A stretch of 64,000 nt of DNA from Halarcobacter sp. (GTDB lineage Bacteria; Campylobacterota; Campylobacteria; Campylobacterales; Arcobacteraceae): positions 2,304,001-2,368,000 of the forward strand of contig CP182352.1 in the NCBI GenBank assembly GCA_048571215.1, given 5' to 3'. The notes beneath the pieces are model-generated. The model had not been told where the DNA came from. It did no database searches and was given only the letters and a program-made list of their open reading frames with translations. The position numbers and the translations under genes are program-made. Positions 19,801 through 27,684 of this stretch are shown here, in pieces. The stretch's first letter is position 1. Each line of letters opens with the position of its first letter.

Positions 19801-20490
19801 CATGACATATACAGGGTTTTTAGTACTTTGATCTATAAACTCAAACAAAGGCTTATCTTGAAAAGAATAACCTATGGATAATATAGGATTTAAGAATATG
19901 TCAGTTAAAAACTCTTTAACTGATTCTTGAAAACTCATTTTTTCACTTCTAAATACAGCTTCAACATATGATAAATCACCCCATAAATGAGCAATAACTA
20001 CTTTATTGTTATTTAGTTGTTCTTTGATTTTAGCTATATTTTCAGTATGATTATCATCTCTTGTAAAAGAAATAGATTTTATGCTTTCATCATTCATACA
20101 AACAGCTTTGTGTGCATCTTCAAGAAGATCGTCATAGTTTGTAGTAAGGATAATTGTAGAATAACCATTTCTTTCCCTTACTCTTGCTAGACAAAAAGAT
20201 AAAAATTCAATATGCACTGAATTGGGGTGTCCGACTAATTTAGTTTCACATTCATTTTGAATATCTTTTTCATATTTATTTAAAAATTCATCAAATTTAT
20301 TTTCTAATTCATCTTTTGTTAAATTATGATAACCATATCGATTTAGGATATCTTCTTTAATTTCAGTATATGATGGTATTTTCTCACCATTTTCTTTTAT
20401 TCCTTCAGTTGATGCGCCCGCACCAACTAAAATTGTCAAAGTACCTTTATAGCTTATCAAGTTTTCAATAATTTCTTCTATATTATTCAT
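16807..20490 (-). CDS. SIR2-like domain + STAND (NACHT/Avs-like) NTPase + long helical C-terminus; candidate antiphage protein
   Basis: LVGAGAS, TTNYD, IGYSFQD (SIR2_2); GEAGMGKS Walker A, LLIQIDAINE Walker B, FSCRE, DPLL, FTYDRFFEY. Confidence 0.88.
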   Translation of the reverse strand: MNNIEEIIENLISYKGTLTILVGAGASTEGIKENGEKIPSYTEIKEDILNRYGYHNLTKDELENKFDEFLNKYEKDIQNECETKLVGHPNSVHIEFLSFCLARVRERNGYSTIILTTNYDDLLEDAHKAVCMNDESIKSISFTRDDNHTENIAKIKEQLNNNKVVIAHLWGDLSYVEAVFRSEKMSFQESVKEFLTDIFLNPILSIGYSFQDKPLFEFIDQSTKNPVYVMSKKNRTNHFLNREYITLGYYFSEFMKETFSHINNNNPIKEKYLKYISNHQEFRLYAEEENLLQKLKNINNSALSNLESKIPDGGMDTLIERISVNNSYNDFLKNDSKIFALVGEAGMGKSTYIYYNTMKRYECSSFLTLTIEPESFDNNNSLLEYLSKKFTFKPYLKDTWFSALNAYLELNNLNLLIQIDAINEFTTITPSNLKKEIENLALDGVLRDRIKILFSCREIYWNQMEHNSSNITKFYHHSKIFKIEKYNKEEAPLAFKSYKRAYNLLGEWESLDEHFKEHLSDPLLMNLMARAYNNDTIPKYAPAFSIFKMYLEKLPKKFMFERILKSLGSRFLKQTMGYNTSKKQFSFDESLVSLFPQKDQEKTFYDILYDERIINKTSSHNDRYSFTYDRFFEYILGLSIIELYELDEGFDTSKIVNILNESKGEFHLIQGLKSALVNISCNYIDSPNRSSLLTDISRLRELLNIENNDVKLLIKDTLQEILVENGGEGFDFIEEAFNDKEQFLEFIVEYCSDNLHAVSFLIETILSGNKKWYEKSRYGIYLNFLTPSRRGKLLSKFESYFAKNSSITSEQLVGLIFVLSIYFDKSIKLDGDIGKNILYTLNRVINSSTNKINFENNLINSFILSIKNYADNFFSLDANHNHLEYLWKMSDDVENYAKQLRNMYKKVCNKDELNNSEIEILRFFCSDVKEPADMTKSNPTLYSYRIEHILARYCILKSAYFDSEVGMGILRHFIKSNFYFSIDAALCLAQRIAIFKLDKNDRDGCQKILNEMEEWMYYFEETQPENFFLTLSCENPLNETYNPMNQVAMIEGLLYNYDNEIPIFSKGIKNVMEAKELKKVPKAIDVKYTKLNFLSIRKMIRIFPDASLKAILEVLKIKDENIIPEYWIKETLARMAQIYPKKVKFVLNKEKYYDLYVEIDKLANKLDLDISGQEWDHDEIAKYFLLNDSCKHLELFFNWYEKIFKTYDFDTYFEEMAREILRVTKGE

Positions 20491-20507
20491 AATATCCTAT
20501 TATCCTT
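20481..20507 (-). repeat. Inverted repeat, right copy (IR-R), containing the RBS and ATG of the SIR2-STAND gene
   Basis: + strand TATTATTCATAATATCCTATTATCCTT is the reverse complement of 10781-10807. Confidence 0.95.
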
Positions 20508-20550
20508 TATTTAATATATTATAAAATAATCTTAATTAATATAATAAATA

Positions 20551-20583
20551 ATTCTATCATATTTACGTCACAAATTCGTCACA
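20551..20583 (-). promoter_or_regulatory. Putative promoter pointing into the cassette: TGTGACG-N4-TGTGACG-N9-TAGAAT (extended -10 TGnTAGAAT)
   Basis: + strand CGTCACA at 20566-20572 and 20577-20583; ATTCTATCA at 20551-20559. Confidence 0.6.
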
Positions 20584-20750
20584 TTAATATTATAAAAAAG
20601 ATTATTTTTAAAATTTATATTGATTTGTTTATATATAATAGTTATAAAATTTACCAATGGAGATTTTTAAAAGAATAAAATTTATGATTGTACATACATA
20701 AAAGTATGCAAATAAATTTTATTTTTTAATATAGAGATTGTATAAGAATA

Positions 20751-22793
20751 CTAATCTTCCTCTTTTTTTACAAGTCCTGCTTCTTTTAAAAAGGGGCTAT
20801 TTACAAAGTCCATTTTTTTTATCTTATCGTATTTGGCGTAGCTTAGATATAAAACATCTTTTGCTCTGGTTACTGCTACATAAAAGAGTCTTCGCTCCTC
20901 TTCTAGACTTCCACCTTTGCTCATTAGTTTTCTATTTGGAAATCTTCCATCCATAAGGTCGATTACAAAAACCTCTTTAAACTCTAAACCTTTACTAGCA
21001 TGAACAGATAGAAGGTTTACCCCCTCACCTTCACTCATCTCTCCACCACCTAGAATCATTGAGTTTACGAACTTTGAAAGGTCTGAGAAATTTCTTGCTA
21101 AATTTTTTAGAAGCATCACTTTTCTATTTATTTTTGCTAAACCTTTTGCTTTTTGGGTTGGATGTATTGTTCCATCTTTTTGAGTTGCTCTTTTTGTTGC
21201 TAAAAAATCTTTTATTTTTGAATACATCATAGATGAAGTTATTGAAGTAACTAAACTTTCTGGATTCTTTGTTCTTCTTAGTTGTTTTATAAGTAGATAA
21301 AAATCATAAATATATTTTGCTCCATCAACACCCAGTTTTGGATGTTTTAATATTGGATTTCCTAAAAATGCTTCCTCAAAACCACAATCTTTAAACTTAG
21401 AAACTGAACCTAACTCTAAAAAATCATCAAAAAGTCCAAGCTGAATATTTTTCACTTTATTGGTTTCAAAAGGATTGTTTATAGCTTCATCAGGGTGAAA
21501 TAAACCTTTAAACATATCTCCACCACCTAATTTTATCAAAGCATCAAAGATATCCTTTGCAATTGACTTTCCTATCCCTTTACCATGCTCTAATACATGG
21601 ATAAATGCCATCATATCATTATGACTTAATTGCATAACCAAAACATCTATTACAAACTTTACCTCAACAGAATCAAAAAATGACATTCCACCTCTTCTTT
21701 TAGCTGGAATCCCATACTCTCTTAGGTTTGATTCTATTCCATCTGCACTTGAATTATTTCTAAAGATTATTGCTATCTCTTCATGGGGTGTAGAACTTTT
21801 TGAGATAAGGTCTGAGATATAATGGTATTGGGAAAAAAGTTCATTAAACTCCAATAACTTGGGTTTTATATCAATATCAGTTCTCATAACTTGCAAATCT
21901 TTTTCATAGACTCTTTCGTTATGTTCAATAACTCTTGTAGCTAGATCAAGTATTGGTTTACTTGAACGATAGTTTTTTCTAAGTGTATAAACAGTTGCAT
22001 CTTTATATCTAGTTGAAAATGTTGAGATAATCCCTATATCTGAACCATTAAAAGCATAAATACTTTGATCATAATCCCCTACACAAAAAAGGGATTTTGG
22101 CTTAAACCCATCTAATAGTCTACCTTGCAATGGATTAGTATCTTGGTATTCATCAACAAGAATCTCTTTAAAAGGAAATTCATTTTCTTTCAAAGTCTCT
22201 AGCATAATTGTTAATAAATCATCAAAATTAGCATATCCATATTTTATTTTTAACTCATTGAACTCTATAACCACATCTTCATAAATAGCCGTATATAGTT
22301 CATGATCTGAATTTTTATTTATTATCCATGTGGCAAAATCCTCGCCCTCGTTTGAGTTTAGGTATAAAGAGTACATATCATATAAATACCCTCCATCATA
22401 AGGATTTGCGTCATCACTTCTATCGTAAAAAACTCTTTTTTCATAAAGTGATTTAAAAAGTGTTTTTAATTCACTTGGTTGTTTTAGTGTTATATTTACA
22501 TTTAACTGTTTTAATAGTTTATATGAAACAGAGTGAAAGGTTCCTGCCATTATTTTTTGGGCAATCTCTTTTCCAAAAAATTTAGCAACTCTTATTACCA
22601 TCTCTGCTGCTGCTTTATTTGTAAAAGTTAAGAGAAGTATCTCTTCAGGTTTAACACCTTTATTTATCAAATTTGCTATTCTTCCAACAATTGTAGAGGT
22701 TTTTCCTGTACCTGCACTAGCAATAATTAGGTTGTAGCCTTCATTACATGTTGCTGCACTTAGTTGTTCTTGATTTAGATTTGATAATGGCAT
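20751..22793 (-). CDS. UvrD/Rep/PcrA family ATP-dependent DNA helicase
   Basis: ASAGTGKT, LVDEYQDTN, VGDYDQSIY, NYRS, HASKGLEF, EERRLFYVAVTRA. Confidence 0.96.
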   Translation of the reverse strand: MPLSNLNQEQLSAATCNEGYNLIIASAGTGKTSTIVGRIANLINKGVKPEEILLLTFTNKAAAEMVIRVAKFFGKEIAQKIMAGTFHSVSYKLLKQLNVNITLKQPSELKTLFKSLYEKRVFYDRSDDANPYDGGYLYDMYSLYLNSNEGEDFATWIINKNSDHELYTAIYEDVVIEFNELKIKYGYANFDDLLTIMLETLKENEFPFKEILVDEYQDTNPLQGRLLDGFKPKSLFCVGDYDQSIYAFNGSDIGIISTFSTRYKDATVYTLRKNYRSSKPILDLATRVIEHNERVYEKDLQVMRTDIDIKPKLLEFNELFSQYHYISDLISKSSTPHEEIAIIFRNNSSADGIESNLREYGIPAKRRGGMSFFDSVEVKFVIDVLVMQLSHNDMMAFIHVLEHGKGIGKSIAKDIFDALIKLGGGDMFKGLFHPDEAINNPFETNKVKNIQLGLFDDFLELGSVSKFKDCGFEEAFLGNPILKHPKLGVDGAKYIYDFYLLIKQLRRTKNPESLVTSITSSMMYSKIKDFLATKRATQKDGTIHPTQKAKGLAKINRKVMLLKNLARNFSDLSKFVNSMILGGGEMSEGEGVNLLSVHASKGLEFKEVFVIDLMDGRFPNRKLMSKGGSLEEERRLFYVAVTRAKDVLYLSYAKYDKIKKMDFVNSPFLKEAGLVKKEED

Positions 22794-22882
22794 TAGTTAG
22801 TAAGTATTTTATATAGTTTTTTCATTTGCGAATATTATCATAAAGATTCTACGTTAATTATAAAAGTTCAAAAAATATAGCT

Positions 22883-23000
22883 AAAAAAAAAGCTCCTTAG
22901 GAGAGGAGCTTTTTTACACACAAGGAAACAAATTTCTGGAGAATTTAAAAAATTCGCAATTTTAAATTATTTAAGAAGATTCGCGTTTCTTCTTATCCAT
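22883..23000 (-). ncRNA. Putative sRNA, copy 1 (~118 nt)
   Basis: TATAAT at 23012-23007, two hairpins, C/U-rich linker, GCTCCT/AGGAGC terminator followed by T9. Confidence 0.65.
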
Positions 23001-23075
23001 AAGAAAATTATAATAGATGGGGATTAACTAAAGCATAATAAAAAGTTAATGGTTAGTTAATTGAGATTTTTAGGC

Positions 23076-23192
23076 AAAAAAAAAGCTCCTTAGGAGAGGA
23101 GCTTTTTTACACACAAGGAAATAAATTTCTGGAAAATTTAAAAAATTCGCAATTTAAATTATTTAAGAAGATTCGCGTTTCTTCTTATCCAT
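23076..23192 (-). ncRNA. Putative sRNA, copy 2 (~117 nt)
   Basis: Same promoter, hairpin and terminator layout as copy 1. Confidence 0.65.
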
Positions 23193-23277
23193 AAGAAAAT
23201 TATAATAGATGGGGATTAACTAAAGCATAATAAAGAGTTAATGATTAGTTAATATTAGTGTATATTTATAAAATAAG

Positions 23278-25350
23278 CTATTTTATTGGCAAAATAATGT
23301 CAAATTTTGCACCCTTGTATTTTTTATCTTGATAAATAAAATTAGTGTTTTCTACACTTATAGTACCATTCATCCCAGCAACTATAAAATTATAAGTGAT
23401 ATTTAACCCCAATCCTGTTCCCATACTTTTGTGTTTAGTAGTTGTATAGGGTTCAAATATATTATCCATAATCTTTTTATCAATCCCTCCACCATTATCT
23501 TTTAATGACAAATAGACAAAGTTATCTCTTTTTTTCAATGTTATAAAAAACACTCTTTCATTTTCTGGTAAATTTATTAACACATCTTTAGCATTATTGT
23601 AAATATTTATAATAGATTGTATAAACTCATTTGGATAACCTTTTATAACTATACTTTCGTCACAATCTAATATAATATTTATATAATTATTTGAAATTGA
23701 AGCCTTTACCAAAGTTAATAGTTGTTGGATAGTATCAAAAATATTAAACTCAACTAGGATTCTTTCGCCTCTTATAAAATTTCTAAAATCATCTATAGTT
23801 TTAGATAAAAATTGTGCATTATTGTTAATCAAATCCATATTATCAAATAACTCTATATCCTGTAAACTTCCCATCTCTTTTTTAAGTTTTGTCCCTGTTG
23901 ATACAGTTGATATTACACTTAAAGGTTGTCTCCATTGATGGGAAATATTTCCAATCATTTCCCCTAAAGATGCCATTTTTGATTGTTGTAGTACAATATT
24001 TTGTTGTTTTATATAATCAGTTATATCTGTTATATATCCTAAGATATCTGTTATTTTTCCATTTTCATCTTTTAAAGTTACTATATAATCTAAAACCCAC
24101 TTTATTTCATCATCTTTTGTAATAACCCTGTAAGGTTCATGTTTAAAATATTCTATTCCTCTGTTGATATTTGTGAATAATTCATTCTTTACAATATTTA
24201 CATCTTCAGGATGGATACAAGAAATATATGAAACCTTTTTATTAATAAATGCTTCTGATTCATACCCTAGTAGCTTATTTATAGATAAAGATACATATTG
24301 AGCATCTAAACTTAAGCTATCTTCCCAACTAAACTTAAATAAAACTACATCACTCTTATCAAATAGTGATAGCAAAGTTCTTTGGTATTGGCTTAAAGAT
24401 TCAGCTATTTTTTTCTGTTCATTTAACTCGTCATATGCAATAGCTAGTTTTTGATTTATACTTTTTATTGACCTATTTTTATATATTACAATTAATACTA
24501 TTAATGAAAAAATACCAATTACATAAAAAAGTTTTGAATAATCAAAAACCTCTTGTACTTTTATCTCTATCCATTTCCCTACAATGGTTCTAATTCTATC
24601 TTGGTCAATCGCATCTAAAGCTTTTTGCATAATAGTGTTTAATATAGGTTCATCATTTCTTGAAGCAATACTCAAATCAATAGTAAACTCTAACTTTCCA
24701 GCGATTTTAATATCATATAAGCCATATTTTTGAATATTATAACCAACAGCTTCCATAATATCTATGTATCCAAAAAGCTCTCCATTTTGAACTTTTTCTA
24801 AGCCCTCTTTTGCATTTTTCACTTCAACTATTTGTATATTGGGATTACGTAGTTTTAAAACCTCAATAAAAGCATAACTTTTAACAATGCCAATTTTTTT
24901 ATTATCTAAATCTTTAGTATCTTTAATAAAAAACTTATCTAGTTTAGTAGCAATAACAAAGGGTTCTTTCCAGTATGCCTTAGTAAAATTCATATAATCT
25001 CTTCTACTTGGAACATCCATGGCAACAGGAAGAATATCACACTTTCTTTTTTTTATATTTTCCAATGAAACAGCCCAACTTTTAGTAGGTACTAAAACAA
25101 TAGGGGTATTTATATACTCTGATACTAATTTGATTAAATCACTTCCTATACCATTGTGTTTATTGTTTTCATCTATTTGTTCAAAAGGCATCCAATCTGG
25201 TAAAACACACATTTTTATAGGACGATGATTATGTAACCATTGTTTTTCTTGGCTTGTAAGGTTTATATTAGAATTTGCAAAAAGTGTAGGTATAAATAAA
25301 ATATTAAATATTAAGATAAACAAAAAAATTTTATACTTAGATTTTAACAT
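23278..25350 (-). CDS. Sensor histidine kinase (periplasmic solute-binding domain, PAS, HisKA/HATPase)
   Basis: MASLGEMIGNISHQWRQPL, DNGGG, GTGLGL; IHPED-type PAS motif. Confidence 0.93.
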   Translation of the reverse strand: MLKSKYKIFLFILIFNILFIPTLFANSNINLTSQEKQWLHNHRPIKMCVLPDWMPFEQIDENNKHNGIGSDLIKLVSEYINTPIVLVPTKSWAVSLENIKKRKCDILPVAMDVPSRRDYMNFTKAYWKEPFVIATKLDKFFIKDTKDLDNKKIGIVKSYAFIEVLKLRNPNIQIVEVKNAKEGLEKVQNGELFGYIDIMEAVGYNIQKYGLYDIKIAGKLEFTIDLSIASRNDEPILNTIMQKALDAIDQDRIRTIVGKWIEIKVQEVFDYSKLFYVIGIFSLIVLIVIYKNRSIKSINQKLAIAYDELNEQKKIAESLSQYQRTLLSLFDKSDVVLFKFSWEDSLSLDAQYVSLSINKLLGYESEAFINKKVSYISCIHPEDVNIVKNELFTNINRGIEYFKHEPYRVITKDDEIKWVLDYIVTLKDENGKITDILGYITDITDYIKQQNIVLQQSKMASLGEMIGNISHQWRQPLSVISTVSTGTKLKKEMGSLQDIELFDNMDLINNNAQFLSKTIDDFRNFIRGERILVEFNIFDTIQQLLTLVKASISNNYINIILDCDESIVIKGYPNEFIQSIINIYNNAKDVLINLPENERVFFITLKKRDNFVYLSLKDNGGGIDKKIMDNIFEPYTTTKHKSMGTGLGLNITYNFIVAGMNGTISVENTNFIYQDKKYKGAKFDIILPIK

Positions 25351-25409
25351 ATATGAACTTTTTTATTTAATTATATCATAGCTTTGTATTCTTAATACCT
25401 AAGTATTAT

Positions 25410-25964
25410 TTAAACTCTATTTTTTCTTATTATTTGTTGAAGTAACTTACAATATGAAATTAGAAGAATTATTGATATATATACTAATTGTAAAATTGAT
25501 AATGATTTTTGTGCCATTATAAAATGTATTGTGATTAAAACAAGTGCTAGATATACAAACTTATGATATTTATTATACTTTGCAAATAGTTTTTTTGTGG
25601 AAGTTAATGCCATAAATACTAAAATAAAAAAAGCTATCATACCAAGATATATAAATGGTTTATCTAAACTTTCACTAATAACAAAAGAAAAATCCAGCTC
25701 TGCATCTAAAATATAAAAATTTAAAAAGTGCAATAGGGCATAAAAAAATCCAAAAAGTCCTATCATTCTTCTATATTTCATTAGATTTAAATACTTTTTT
25801 ATCATAGATATACAAATAGTAAAAAATAAAATAACAGTTGCACTAACCCCAGTAATTGTATATATATATTTTATAGGATCACTTACACTTTGTAAAATAA
25901 ATAACTCTATAAGCAAATAAAAAAATGGGATTAAAAGAGTTAAAAATAGTGCAATATTTTTCAT
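25410..25964 (-). CDS. msrQ: Methionine sulfoxide reductase heme-binding membrane subunit
   Basis: RRMIGLFGFFYALLH, ALTS; adjacent to msrP. Confidence 0.9.
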   Translation of the reverse strand: MKNIALFLTLLIPFFYLLIELFILQSVSDPIKYIYTITGVSATVILFFTICISMIKKYLNLMKYRRMIGLFGFFYALLHFLNFYILDAELDFSFVISESLDKPFIYLGMIAFFILVFMALTSTKKLFAKYNKYHKFVYLALVLITIHFIMAQKSLSILQLVYISIILLISYCKLLQQIIRKNRV

Positions 25965-25973
25965 AATTTACTT

Positions 25974-26933
25974 CTAGAAGTATTTTCTTAAGTCCATCCC
26001 TTTATAAAGATGGGCAACTTCATTTTCATATCCATTAAACATTAACGTTTTTTGTTTAAAAAAACTTCCCAAAACTCTTTCCCTTTTTTGAGACCATCTA
26101 GGATGGTCAACATTTGGGTTTACATTTGCAAAAAAACCATATTCTCTTGGATTTTCTTTTTGCCATGAGTTTAAAGGTTCTTTATCTGTAAAAGATATTT
26201 TTGCAATAGATTTAACAGATTTAAATCCATATTTCCAAGGTACAACTAACCTTATAGGAGCACCATTTTGTTTTGGCATACTTGAACCATATAATCCTAC
26301 AGCTAAGATTGTTAAATCATTCATTGCTTCATCCATACGCAAACCTTCCACATAAGGGTAAGATATGGTTGAAAAAATTCCTCTTGCTTGATCAGGGAAC
26401 ATCTCTTCATCAACAAGTGTCTCAAATCTTATATATTTTGCACTAGATAAAGGTTTTACATATTTTATAAAATCAGATAATTTAAAGCCAATCCAAGGGA
26501 CAACCATAGACCAACCCTCAACACATCTAAATCTATAGATTCTCTCCTCAAGTTGAAAGTTTTTTATAAAATCTTCAAACCTTACTATTAAATCTTTTTC
26601 AACAAGTCCATCAATTACAATATCCCAATTGTTAGTATTCAAAGTATGAGCCATAGGTTTAACTCTCTCTTTACTTGTAGTAAATTCATAAAAGTTATTG
26701 TATGAAGTTATTTGATCATAGGTATTCAAAGTAAGATTATTTGGGTTTTTATCTTCTATATATTTTAGATTTTTTAAAGGTATATTCTCTTTTGCTAAAG
26801 CTTCAAATATCATCCCTGATGAAACTAACGAGGCAGCTCCAAGTTTTAAAAAATTTCTTCGTTTATCAAAAAGCTCTTTGGGTGTTATATCTTTTTCATC
26901 TAATTGCCATGTTGGTTTTTTTATAATATTCAT
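25974..26933 (-). CDS. msrP: Methionine sulfoxide reductase catalytic molybdo-subunit
   Basis: TAT RRNFLK, YNNFYEF, RCVEGWS, QNGAPIRLVVPWKYGFKS, HPRWSQ. Confidence 0.97.
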   Translation of the reverse strand: MNIIKKPTWQLDEKDITPKELFDKRRNFLKLGAASLVSSGMIFEALAKENIPLKNLKYIEDKNPNNLTLNTYDQITSYNNFYEFTTSKERVKPMAHTLNTNNWDIVIDGLVEKDLIVRFEDFIKNFQLEERIYRFRCVEGWSMVVPWIGFKLSDFIKYVKPLSSAKYIRFETLVDEEMFPDQARGIFSTISYPYVEGLRMDEAMNDLTILAVGLYGSSMPKQNGAPIRLVVPWKYGFKSVKSIAKISFTDKEPLNSWQKENPREYGFFANVNPNVDHPRWSQKRERVLGSFFKQKTLMFNGYENEVAHLYKGMDLRKYF

Positions 26934-27003
26934 AACACATCCTTTTCATATTCTTTTTAAATTCTATATAAATAGTGTTAAGAGTATGTGTAGATAGTTT
27001 AAT

Positions 27004-27037
27004 AAAAAAAGGTAGAAGAAAAAATCTCCTACCTTTT
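27004..27037 (-). terminator. Terminator downstream of tpx
   Basis: AAAAGGTAG...CTACCTTTT stem with a T-run on the minus strand. Confidence 0.6.
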
Positions 27038-27063
27038 AAAATATATTCAATTAATATAAATTA

Positions 27064-27552
27064 TTAGTTAATAGCGCCTAAAGCAGCTTCGTAATTTGGC
27101 TCTTCAGTAATTTCTGGACAAATCTCTTTATATGTAACTACACCGTTTGCATCTGTTACAAAAATTGCTCTACAAGTAACACCTGCTAATGGTCCATCAG
27201 CAATTAAAACTCCATATGCATTTGCGAAATCTTTATTTCTAAAATCTGAACCAACTTTTAAGTTTTCGATACCTTCAGTTGTACAAAATCTTCCCATTGC
27301 GAATGGTAAGTCCATAGAAACTACTACAACTTCTGCATCAGATTTTGCTGCTTCTTCGTTGAATTTTCTAGTTTCTGCTGCGCATACAGGAGTATCTAAA
27401 GATGGTACTACCACGATAACTTGAGCTTTTCCACCAATTTCAACTTCAGATAAATCTTGAGCTACCACTTTTACTACAGGAGCTTTATCCCCTACATTTA
27501 CTTCAGTTCCCGCTAAATTTACTAAATTACCTTTAAGGTTTGTTGTTGCCAT
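27064..27552 (-). CDS. tpx: Thiol peroxidase
   Basis: VPSLDTPVC, SMDLPFA..RFC, EPNY. Confidence 0.96.
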   Translation of the reverse strand: MATTNLKGNLVNLAGTEVNVGDKAPVVKVVAQDLSEVEIGGKAQVIVVVPSLDTPVCAAETRKFNEEAAKSDAEVVVVSMDLPFAMGRFCTTEGIENLKVGSDFRNKDFANAYGVLIADGPLAGVTCRAIFVTDANGVVTYKEICPEITEEPNYEAALGAIN

Positions 27553-27684
27553 TTTTTCCCTTTTTTTAAAAATTTACTGAGAATTATAATTAAAGATAAT
27601 AAACATTTTCTTAATTATAAACTCTAATATTAATTATATCGTAAAAATTTATTTTATCAATAGTCCAAACATTATATTTAAAAT

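Larger units (their letters stand above)
9810..20583. mobile_element. Accessory island: recombinase plus IR-bounded biosynthetic/defence cassette
   Basis: Recombinase, TIR and SIR2-STAND genes and secondary-metabolism enzymes lie between the pspA operon and the UvrD gene; outer boundaries approximate. Confidence 0.75.
22883..23253. repeat. Tandem duplication of a ~180-bp unit (22883-23061 and 23076-23253)
   Basis: Two near-identical copies differing by a few substitutions and a 1-nt indel. Confidence 0.95.

Noticed and set aside
13223..20490. Calling TIR + SIR2 a Thoeris system
   Set aside because: The TIR is CAP12/Pycsar-type rather than ThsB-like, the SIR2 is fused to a STAND NTPase rather than SLOG, and the genes are convergent and separated by biosynthetic enzymes.
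22911..22945. CsrA-titrating RNA on the plus strand (ACAAGGA and CTGGA motifs)
   Set aside because: A complete promoter-to-terminator unit exists in both copies only on the minus strand, and GGA motifs are few; not fully excluded.
22883..23253. Possible CRISPR array or IS ends
   Set aside because: Only two ~180-bp near-identical units, with no unique spacers, cas genes or transposase.
27580..27624. Inverted repeat upstream of tpx (AGAATTATAATTAA...TTAATTATAACTCT)
   Set aside because: Almost entirely A/T; cannot distinguish an operator from a terminator or chance.
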